A stretch of 64,000 nucleotides of DNA from SAR324 cluster bacterium (lineage in GTDB: Bacteria > SAR324 > NAC60-12), in NCBI GenBank assembly GCA_015232315.1, contig JADFZZ010000003.1:156732-220731 (forward strand). The letters are read 5' to 3'. The notes beneath the pieces were generated by a model that had not been told where the DNA came from, ran no database searches, and saw only the letters and a program-made list of their open reading frames with translations. Below are positions 50,578 through 58,485 of this stretch, piece by piece. The position numbers and the translations under genes were made by a program. Every line of letters starts with the position of its first letter. Positions within the stretch are counted from its first letter, which is position 1.

Positions 50578-53500
50578 ATGGGTATAGTCATTGAACTGAG
50601 AGACTACAAAGACAATAGTGACAGTGGCGACTTGCCGTTAGGCAAAGACAGCTTTCAGGAAGTGACAACGGCCAGACAGTTGGTCGCGTTTGTCAAAAAG
50701 ACTGAAGGCAGTTGCGCTCTGACGATCAATTTGCCCAAAGTTGAATTGGCTAAAGCCATTCCCCAATTGGTTGAGTTACTGCACAAAAGCAATCCGGCAA
50801 TCCAGAAGCATGTGCTGGAAATCCTTGGCAATATGGGAATGCCGGAAGTCGTTCCCCACATCATTCCTTATTGTTTTCAACCAGACCCCTATCTCAAAGC
50901 CCAGGCAGTCAAGTCGCTCGAACTGTTGGGGCAACCGTCGGCGATCCTGCCCTTGAAAGATTTGCTCAATGATAAAAATCAACGCATTCAGAAAATTGTC
51001 AGGAATGCCTTGAGTAAACTCATCAGCAATGAATTTTTGTTGACGATGGTCAGCAACGAAGAAGAAAAATCAGGAATTTCTACAGAAGAAACATTCTTTG
51101 AGCTGATTTCTATCTTCAATGAAGAAGAATTCCATAATTTGTCTCCCGGCACAATGAAGTCAATTATTGAATTCTTCCGTAAAAATCATGAGAAAGCCCG
51201 ACGAACCGAAGAAAAACTCCTGCAAAAGCAATGGGAAGCCGATGCGGTAACGCAAAAATTATTTGAACTGCAACAGCAGTTGAAACAGAAATACTCTGAA
51301 TCCAGACTGGAACTCGATCTTTTCAGGAAAAGTATTTTGTCCCACACCGAAGAGCGGCATCTCTTACCGGGGGTGATCGACACTCAAAGTCATGAGTTGG
51401 AGCAGTTACATACACGTTTTGATGATCTTACCCGTGAAAACGCTGACGCCAAACTTGAGATTTCAAAGTTGCTGGCCACGCTTGAAGAGCAAAGGTCACA
51501 ACACAGGGCATCCCTGGCAACCCGGGAAACAGAAGCCGAGGCGGATGAAATCGGGTTGGAGCAAGCCTTAACCGCATCTCTCGAAGAAAATGAAACAGAA
51601 AATGAGGATGACGAACTAGAGCTGGAAGAGTCTTTAGGCGCTCTTGATTCAGCCTCCGACAACGAATTGACAGCGGAACATTTTGATCCGGGCATTGTAA
51701 TCTTTAATGAAGAAATCCTGGACGATCTGCTACTCAATGATCAAGCCCTTGAGTCCAGTGCACCGGCCAAACGGATGTTGTCTGAAAAAATTGTGATGGT
51801 CGAGCAAAATCATGATGCGTCAGACTACCTCAAAAGTTTGTTGAGATATGCCGGCTTTTCCAACATTGTGGTGTTTCATGATGGCCGACTTGCTTATGAA
51901 ACAATCCGTCAATCCCATGATACCATCAGCCTGATTCTGACGGCACGGTCTATTCCGCAAATGAACGGTCTGGAACTGTTAACCAAAGTGCGATCGTTTG
52001 AACAGGAAGACGGCTTGAAACCCTGTCCGGTGTTGATGATCACTGAAGATCTCAACACCTACAAAGTCAATGAACTCCACAAAGCCGGAGCAGCCGAAGT
52101 ATTTCCAAGGTTATTTATTCCTGAAAACTTCGTTGACAGGGTTATTCACCATTCTGGCGCCGAAAAGGCCTTGAGTGCTTCGAATCTGACCCTGGAGGCG
52201 GCCAAAGAAGAACTGCTCAATCTTGCTAAAACCTGTCAAGTCCAGTTTTGTAAAACCACTAAAAAACGCATCACCCTGTCTGTCAAATTCCCTCAGGATC
52301 TTCGTGCCGCGCCAACACGCATTCCCGGATTTCAGGAGATTTTTAAAACACTCATCGAATTCAGCATCGTTTCCGCGGTAAACCGCTCAACAGTCACTCT
52401 GCATTTCAAATCAACGGACTCATCCCGCGATTCAGTATTCCAGTTGAACGCCAGTTTTATTCCAGACAAAGGGAACACTTTTCTTTCTCTGGAAAATCAA
52501 TTCAATGATTTAGAGGACGTTGCCTCTGGAGAATTGAAAGAAGTTCAGAACACGGATACCCTGGGACAAAAATTCATCCAGATCACACTGGCGTTCTCAC
52601 AGCAGGGAATGATTCAATCCACTAAAGATGGACGTCACTCCAGTGAAGACTTCGATGATGAAGAAGTCTTTGATTTACTGGACGATCTGGAAGAAGACGG
52701 AAGCGATATCCAGAAAATTGTCTCCTCCCTGCATAAACTTTGTGAGGAAGAACCGTTCCGGTTGTTTTCAGTATTGGACTATCTCCATGATGGCCATTTC
52801 GAACAGGCTCACCGGGAAATTTTAGAAATGTTGCAGAAGTTGGACAGGGTCGATATCATCCCCTATTTAATCCGGCGTTTTCCTCAACTGCACAAGGAAT
52901 ACAAGCTGTGGACACTGTCCTTCATTGCTGAAAAAGATCTCAAAGCAGGACTGTACTTTATCATCAGTGTTCTCCGGGACGAGGATGAAGAAGTTCGGCA
53001 TCGGGTTCTGTCGGTTCTGCTCAAGCATTTTGACGCGTCTTTTCTGCACCTGTTGATGCATTCTTTTGTCCGTACCTTCCACCTGCCACGGACGATCAAA
53101 CAGACCGATATCCTCAGACGCCTTCCGCCAAAGGAACGCTCGGCGTTTTTTCAGGTTCTGTTGTACAATGAATCCTTTGAACTATCGGTTCCGTTCCTGT
53201 TCGGCTATCTGGACGCGGCGGCGCCCTATGAACAAGAATCGATTTACACTGCGTTGGCGGCCCAGGAATCGCTGGCGTATCTGGCTGAAGAACAGACAGA
53301 AATTCTCAAAAACCATTTTGAACAACAGCACGTTCTGCGACGTTTGCCTCGAATCACCTTGAGTTTGTTGCTGTCCACCAAGGCCGATCTGCTGAAATGG
53401 TTGATGAAACAGATCAAGCCCGCTCATTGGGTCGAAGTCTTCAAAGCAAGATTTGTGAAAGACATCAAATCAGGCTGGGAAGCCATGGGCATGTTTGTTC

Positions 53501-54426
53501 AGGAGGGAATGCAGGAAATACTCGATCATATCGTCCAGGCCGATGAATTGCTGGAAGCTGAGACTCTGGCAGAAGATCAGGAAAAAGAGATTTATCGAAT
53601 GCTTCACATGAGTAAAGGCATTGCCTTGAGTCTGGACCTGGAAATATTGGTCGCACTCTATCATTATGTGGAAGATCTGTGGTCCCATACCTTGAACAGG
53701 GACGACATGGATTTGGCAGAGTTGGACACTTTTAAAAAGCACTATAAATGCTTGCTCGATGTGACAAAAGCCGCTTCACGGATCTTGCGTCTGGCTGAAC
53801 ATGACGACTCCTTCCTGCGTGAAAAAATCGCGCTCAACAGTGTTTTCCCGAGAATGCAGCACCTCTTCAATAAATTGACAACGATGCTGAGAAAAAAAGC
53901 AACGTTGACCCTGCTCGAAGAAAAAGAGTTTTACCTGAACCCGAATTTGCTGAATTCCTTGAATGAGATGCTTATTCAATTATTAAAAAACAGTGTGGAC
54001 CATGGTGTGGAACTGAGTGAAGCCCGTCTTCGGGCCGGGAAATCTGAGGTTGGTGAAATTCAGTTGAGAATTGGTGAAAACAACGGGAACCTTCAGATCA
54101 TTGTTTCTGATGATGGCCAGGGACTTCAAATTGAGAGAATCGCAAAAAAATGTATTGAGAAAAATTTGTTGACTGAAGCTCAGGCAACGGCTCTTCTGAC
54201 AGACCCTGCCAGACACCATGAACTGTATGAGTTTATTTTTGCGTCTCAATTCAGCACAGCTCAAACCACCTCTGAGGTTTCCGGACGAGGCGTTGGTATG
54301 GATATCATCAAATCAGAATTGAATGACATGGGTGGAACGATCGCTATCGAATCAAAAGCCGGAATCGGCAGTTCCTTCATTCTTCAAATCCCCTTGCAGG
54401 AAAATCAAATCGTAACTGAAGCCTGA
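50578..54426 (+). CDS. HEAT-repeat / pseudo-receiver / HPt / CheA-type ATPase giant kinase
   Basis: 1282 aa: N-terminal HEAT/PBS-lyase-type repeats, a coiled coil, an acidic tract, and a REC-like fold without an acceptor Asp (LILTARSIPQMNG). More HEAT-like repeats follow, then HPt LHMSKGIALS and ATPase boxes LLKNSVDHGVE, DDGQGLQ, GRGVGM, GIGSSFILQIP. No P5 domain. Confidence 0.8.
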   Translation: MGIVIELRDYKDNSDSGDLPLGKDSFQEVTTARQLVAFVKKTEGSCALTINLPKVELAKAIPQLVELLHKSNPAIQKHVLEILGNMGMPEVVPHIIPYCFQPDPYLKAQAVKSLELLGQPSAILPLKDLLNDKNQRIQKIVRNALSKLISNEFLLTMVSNEEEKSGISTEETFFELISIFNEEEFHNLSPGTMKSIIEFFRKNHEKARRTEEKLLQKQWEADAVTQKLFELQQQLKQKYSESRLELDLFRKSILSHTEERHLLPGVIDTQSHELEQLHTRFDDLTRENADAKLEISKLLATLEEQRSQHRASLATRETEAEADEIGLEQALTASLEENETENEDDELELEESLGALDSASDNELTAEHFDPGIVIFNEEILDDLLLNDQALESSAPAKRMLSEKIVMVEQNHDASDYLKSLLRYAGFSNIVVFHDGRLAYETIRQSHDTISLILTARSIPQMNGLELLTKVRSFEQEDGLKPCPVLMITEDLNTYKVNELHKAGAAEVFPRLFIPENFVDRVIHHSGAEKALSASNLTLEAAKEELLNLAKTCQVQFCKTTKKRITLSVKFPQDLRAAPTRIPGFQEIFKTLIEFSIVSAVNRSTVTLHFKSTDSSRDSVFQLNASFIPDKGNTFLSLENQFNDLEDVASGELKEVQNTDTLGQKFIQITLAFSQQGMIQSTKDGRHSSEDFDDEEVFDLLDDLEEDGSDIQKIVSSLHKLCEEEPFRLFSVLDYLHDGHFEQAHREILEMLQKLDRVDIIPYLIRRFPQLHKEYKLWTLSFIAEKDLKAGLYFIISVLRDEDEEVRHRVLSVLLKHFDASFLHLLMHSFVRTFHLPRTIKQTDILRRLPPKERSAFFQVLLYNESFELSVPFLFGYLDAAAPYEQESIYTALAAQESLAYLAEEQTEILKNHFEQQHVLRRLPRITLSLLLSTKADLLKWLMKQIKPAHWVEVFKARFVKDIKSGWEAMGMFVQEGMQEILDHIVQADELLEAETLAEDQEKEIYRMLHMSKGIALSLDLEILVALYHYVEDLWSHTLNRDDMDLAELDTFKKHYKCLLDVTKAASRILRLAEHDDSFLREKIALNSVFPRMQHLFNKLTTMLRKKATLTLLEEKEFYLNPNLLNSLNEMLIQLLKNSVDHGVELSEARLRAGKSEVGEIQLRIGENNGNLQIIVSDDGQGLQIERIAKKCIEKNLLTEAQATALLTDPARHHELYEFIFASQFSTAQTTSEVSGRGVGMDIIKSELNDMGGTIAIESKAGIGSSFILQIPLQENQIVTEA

Positions 54427-54591
54427 ACAATAGTAAGCGTTCAGCCGTCAGTTATCAGTACGATATTTTTTGCTATTGAGTTATAATGCTTCTGAAGCGT
54501 ATAAACACTGAAAGCTGAATAATGAAAGCTGAACGCTTACGAACAATATTCTGTTCAGGTGTCAGTTTGACACCAAATCAATAGGAGAAAT

Positions 54592-54891
54592 ATGCTACCC
54601 ACTACTGAAAAAAAAAATGACCGTATTACAGCACGAGTGCCTACAGATATACGCGAACGTCTGATAGAAGCCGCAGCGTTTTCTGGAGCGACCCTGAACC
54701 AGTTTTTAATCCAGGCCGCAATTGAAAAGGCCAACACAATCCTTGAAAAAGAACGGATCATCCATCTCTCTTATCATGATGCGGAAGTATTTTTTAAGGC
54801 ACTGGAAAATCCCCCCAAGCCCAATCAACGTTTACGGAAAGCCATAACAAAATATAAAGATTCAGGCCTCTATGAACCCGTTCAAGATTGA
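54592..54891 (+). CDS. Type II antitoxin, DUF1778 / TacA-like (RHH)
   Basis: 99 aa. RITARVPTDIRERLIEAAAFSGATLNQFLIQAAIEKA. Overlaps the downstream GNAT gene by 20 nt. Confidence 0.85.
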   Translation: MLPTTEKKNDRITARVPTDIRERLIEAAAFSGATLNQFLIQAAIEKANTILEKERIIHLSYHDAEVFFKALENPPKPNQRLRKAITKYKDSGLYEPVQD

Positions 54892-55375
54892 GCTACTGAC
54901 AACAAAACATCACAAACAGAAATTTGATTGTGGTGTGAAAGAACTTAATCATTACCTTCAATCAATGGCATCTCAACATGCCACTAAAGGAATTTCCAGA
55001 ACTTTTGTTCTCGTACATCCTCAGGAACCAGAGAATATCCTGGGGTTTATCACTCTGTCCATCTGTGAGATTAACGCTCAAATACTTCCAACGCAGTTCG
55101 CCAAGAAGTTTCCCTCTAAAGTTCCTGGCGCAAAGATTGGTCGATTAGCCATCTCCCGAAAACATCAACGACAAGGATTAGGAGAACTCTTGATGCTTCA
55201 TGCAATGAATCAAACGCTTCTGGTTCATCATGTCTTTGGCCTTACCGGAGTATTAGTTGATGCTAAACATGAACAGGCACAACAGTATTACATCCGCTAT
55301 GGATTTATCCCATTACCCCAAATACCACTGACGTTATTTCTTCCGATAAAAACTCTCTTGGAAGCATTTAAATGA
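54872..55375 (+). CDS. GNAT-family acetyltransferase toxin (TacT/AtaT-like)
   Basis: 167 aa. FDCGVKELNHYLQ..., RLAISRKHQRQGLGELLMLHA (acetyl-CoA site), ...YYIRYGFIPL. The pairing with a DUF1778 gene is typical. Confidence 0.85.
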   Translation: MNPFKIELLTTKHHKQKFDCGVKELNHYLQSMASQHATKGISRTFVLVHPQEPENILGFITLSICEINAQILPTQFAKKFPSKVPGAKIGRLAISRKHQRQGLGELLMLHAMNQTLLVHHVFGLTGVLVDAKHEQAQQYYIRYGFIPLPQIPLTLFLPIKTLLEAFK

Positions 55376-55415
55376 ACAATCGCAATTGTTCGAGAAAGCC
55401 AACAGGGAAAACGCA

Positions 55416-56642
55416 ATGACTAATAAAGTTATCGATCTGTACCACTACAGAGATCCATCCTCCACCATGGAGACTGTCCTGACGCTTTTGTCGAAATGGT
55501 CACAAAAATCCCGGGAGCAGGCAAACCTTGATCATTTGAGATTAAGGAGCCTCCTGCCAGCCCTGTTTCTGGAATTCAACCATTATGAAATGGAGCTCAG
55601 AATCAAAGTGATCGATCTGCTGGCACAGGCTCAGATTTCAGAAGCTGTGCCCTTTCTGGTTGCCTATCTGAGTGATTCTGACCCGGAAATGAAAGCAAGT
55701 GTAATTCAGGCCCTGGGCGTGCTGAAGAATCACTTTGCGGTTCTGCCTTTGAAAAACGCCTATGATCATGAATCCCCGGAACTCAGGCAGGAGATTCTCA
55801 AAGCACTGAGCCTGCTGGTGGACGATGTGTTCTTTTCTCATTTTTTGGGGAGTGATCCAAATCTGAACAGAATTACGATTGCCATGGAACTTCTGGACAT
55901 GCTCTCGTCCGAAAATCAGCAATTACTATCTCCCCGGGGATTCAGAATGTTCCTGGATCAACTGCTTCCACATTTTTTAAAAATCCGACGTGCGGATTTT
56001 GATGTAAAAACATTAAAACAGACCATAAACACACTCGAAAATGAATTACATACGCATCATGATCAACATGAGCGTGCCCTTGAAACAATGAAATTCCAAA
56101 TGAAAATCCAGCATTTGCAGTTACAGGGTTTTCTGGAAGTTCCTTCTGCCCGGGATGTTTTGGAAAGTGACGCGCCTGTTGAGGAAAAACCGTACCCTGT
56201 GCAACCTCAAAAGTTTTTGAGTTTGAAGGAGGTGATTATTCAGGCAAACAAAAGTGTCCTTGAAGAAGACACCCGTAACAATGTGAGGAAAAAGGTAACC
56301 TTTACCAAAACGCTACAGCTCGAACCTTCGATGGCTGAGAACTTACTGTTGCTTCTGAAACACCTCATGAGCCTGGCAAATTCAATTGCGAGACCAGACC
56401 GGAAGGTTCAGATCCGGATCAATGACATACACGCGGATCAACCTAGCACTTCCACTATTATCACGATGAAAGGAACCGCCGTTGATCCAACCTCACTTGA
56501 ACGTTTGATCTCAACCCATCCCGTGTATCAGGAACTGAAAAGAACGGTTTCTTTTCTTGGCTGGACAGTAGACAGAACCATGGATCGTGGTGATTTCTGT
56601 ATCACGATTCAGGTAAAATCTCCCTCTTCAACTTTACCTTGA
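55416..56642 (+). CDS. HEAT-repeat protein, paralogue of the N-terminal part of the 1282-aa kinase
   Basis: About 408 aa from ATG 55416 (the track ORF begins at TTG 55386). VIDLYHYRD... and the HEAT units (AVPFLVAYLSDSDPEMKASVIQALGVL...) parallel VIELRDYKD... and PHIIPYCFQPDPYLKAQAVKSLELL in the larger protein. No HPt or ATPase boxes. Confidence 0.7.
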   Translation: MTNKVIDLYHYRDPSSTMETVLTLLSKWSQKSREQANLDHLRLRSLLPALFLEFNHYEMELRIKVIDLLAQAQISEAVPFLVAYLSDSDPEMKASVIQALGVLKNHFAVLPLKNAYDHESPELRQEILKALSLLVDDVFFSHFLGSDPNLNRITIAMELLDMLSSENQQLLSPRGFRMFLDQLLPHFLKIRRADFDVKTLKQTINTLENELHTHHDQHERALETMKFQMKIQHLQLQGFLEVPSARDVLESDAPVEEKPYPVQPQKFLSLKEVIIQANKSVLEEDTRNNVRKKVTFTKTLQLEPSMAENLLLLLKHLMSLANSIARPDRKVQIRINDIHADQPSTSTIITMKGTAVDPTSLERLISTHPVYQELKRTVSFLGWTVDRTMDRGDFCITIQVKSPSSTLP

Positions 56643-56702
56643 AAACAATAAGGAATTGTAAAAGAATCAATTGTAAAAGTTTGCTCGTGCCCTACGTCCC
56701 GT

Positions 56703-56856
56703 TCAGGGCTGTTAAGTTAAGAAATTACCTGCGAGAAAATCCCCCTTTTCAAAGGGGGCAGGGGGATTTAAAGCTCAGAATAACATCCCCCTAACCCCCT
56801 TAAACCAAGGGGGAATTGGTGCCAGTGCCTTCACAGTGCTTAACTTAACAGACGTG
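56703..56856 (+). repeat. MITE-like element, family 1, flanked by a 10-bp direct repeat
   Basis: Termini are tcagggctgttaagttaag / cttaacttaacagacgtg. TACGTCCCGT occurs at 56693-56702 and 56857-56866. Confidence 0.9.
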
Positions 56857-56925
56857 TACGTCCCGTGGTTCCTAACCAGAAAGTTTTCCCTGTTATTTTT
56901 TGAACGTTCCTAACAGTTGTTTCCT

Positions 56926-58050
56926 ATGATTGAGCACAAAATTATCATTGTTGATGATGAAATGATCATCCGGCATATGATAGAAAAAAAATTATCAGAT
57001 CAGGGTATTGAGGTGCTTCAGGCAACCGATGGACTCAGTGGACTCCAATTGATTCTTGAACATCCTGAGGTCAAACTTATTGTGACTGATTATAAAATGC
57101 CCCGGATGGATGGTTTTACCATGCTGAAAAAAGCCAGAGAGATCCGCTCGGACTTTCGTTTTATTCTGATGTCCGGTCATGCTCAAGGAGGCGATATTAT
57201 TGATGCCTTGAGGTTGTCTGCCAGTGATTTTTTTATTAAACCGTTCAATTTGGGGACTTTTTCGACATCCATCAAACGCAATTTGATTGAAATCGAGCAG
57301 GAAGCCACACAAAAGCACCTACAGGAACAATTGCTCCAGTCTGCCAAATTGGCTTCCATCGGGGAGTTAGCCACTGGAATTGCTCATGAAATAAATCAAC
57401 CACTGTCCTATATCAGCGGCCATGTTCAAACACTTCTGGAAGATATTGAACTGGAAGATGTCACCTTGAAGGAGGTTTATGCTTTAATGAAAGAGTTCGA
57501 AAAACGCATCGGGCGAATCAACTCCATAATATCCCATCTCCGCTTCTTTGGTCGTGAGCACGGATCAACATTCAGTGAGACAAATCTGGTCGATGTTTTC
57601 GAAAGCTGTCTGCTACTCCTCAACGAAAAAATTCGCCTCAGAAGCATTGAACTGAAATTTGAACACAGTGAAAATCTGCCTTTGATCAAAGGAAATTCTC
57701 ATCAGTTGGAGCAGGTGTTGATCAACTTGTTCCAAAATGCCATTGACGCTCTGGAACATCGAAACGATGGGCGCATCACCGTTCAAATCAACCATCATCC
57801 TGAAAAGGAGGTCATTGAGATACGCTTTACAGACAATGGAAGCGGCATTTCACCCAAGGATTTAGGTCACATTTTTGATCCGTTCTTCACGAAAAAACCG
57901 GTAGGAAAGGGGACGGGTCTCGGGCTATCCATCTCGTTTGGCATCATCCAGGCCCATCGGGGAACCATTGTCTGTGAGTCGGAACTCAATAAGGGAACCT
58001 GTTTCATCATCACCTTACCGACACCAACGGATCGAGAACAGACAGACTAA
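56926..58050 (+). CDS. Hybrid REC - HisKA - HATPase_c sensor histidine kinase
   Basis: REC (IVDDE, IVTDYKMP, LMSGH, FFIKP). H-box GIAHEINQPLSYI, N-box NLFQNAIDAL, G1 DNGSGI, G2 GTGLGLSIS. The track ORF begins at TTG 56917. Confidence 0.88.
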   Translation: MIEHKIIIVDDEMIIRHMIEKKLSDQGIEVLQATDGLSGLQLILEHPEVKLIVTDYKMPRMDGFTMLKKAREIRSDFRFILMSGHAQGGDIIDALRLSASDFFIKPFNLGTFSTSIKRNLIEIEQEATQKHLQEQLLQSAKLASIGELATGIAHEINQPLSYISGHVQTLLEDIELEDVTLKEVYALMKEFEKRIGRINSIISHLRFFGREHGSTFSETNLVDVFESCLLLLNEKIRLRSIELKFEHSENLPLIKGNSHQLEQVLINLFQNAIDALEHRNDGRITVQINHHPEKEVIEIRFTDNGSGISPKDLGHIFDPFFTKKPVGKGTGLGLSISFGIIQAHRGTIVCESELNKGTCFIITLPTPTDREQTD

Positions 58051-58063
58051 GGGGCCGCCAAAC

Positions 58064-58092
58064 GTAGAGACGGGTTTGAAACCCGTCTCTAC
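58064..58092 (+). terminator. Stem-loop 14 nt after the kinase stop (possible intrinsic terminator or REP-like hairpin)
   Basis: gtagagacgggt-ttgaa-acccgtctctac (12-bp perfect stem) followed by cggttatttcttt. A related hairpin, gtagagacg...cgtctctac, occurs at 46477-46504. Confidence 0.5.
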
Positions 58093-58214
58093 CGGTTATT
58101 TCTTTATGCCCCCTAAACCTGAAGGCAATGATTGATTTTATGACAGAATTTTAATCTTGTGAATGTGCCGTCAATCATTATTCTGACGCCCTTGATTATT
58201 TCCGGGGTAACGTT

Positions 58215-58367
58215 CACGTTTGTTACGTTAAGCACTGTGAAGGCACTGGCACCAATTCCCCCTTGGTTTAAGGGGGTTAGGGGGATGTTATTCTGAGCTT
58301 TAAATCCCCCATGCCCCCTTTGAAAAGGGGGATTTTCTCGCAGGTAATTTCTAACTTAATAGCCTTG
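58215..58367 (-). repeat. MITE-like element, family 1 (inverted orientation)
   Basis: Reverse complement of the 56703-type copy. Imperfect flanking duplication (G)GGGTAACG(TT) / (A)GGGTAACG(CG). Confidence 0.85.
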
Positions 58368-58485
58368 AGGGTAACGCGTGTGTCTCCTGATTCATCTTTC
58401 GTCAGTTTTTTTACATCAATCTGGTTCGGGAATTGTTCCAGCCAAGAATTATGATCTATTTTTTCAATGATTGTCTGATAATAAA

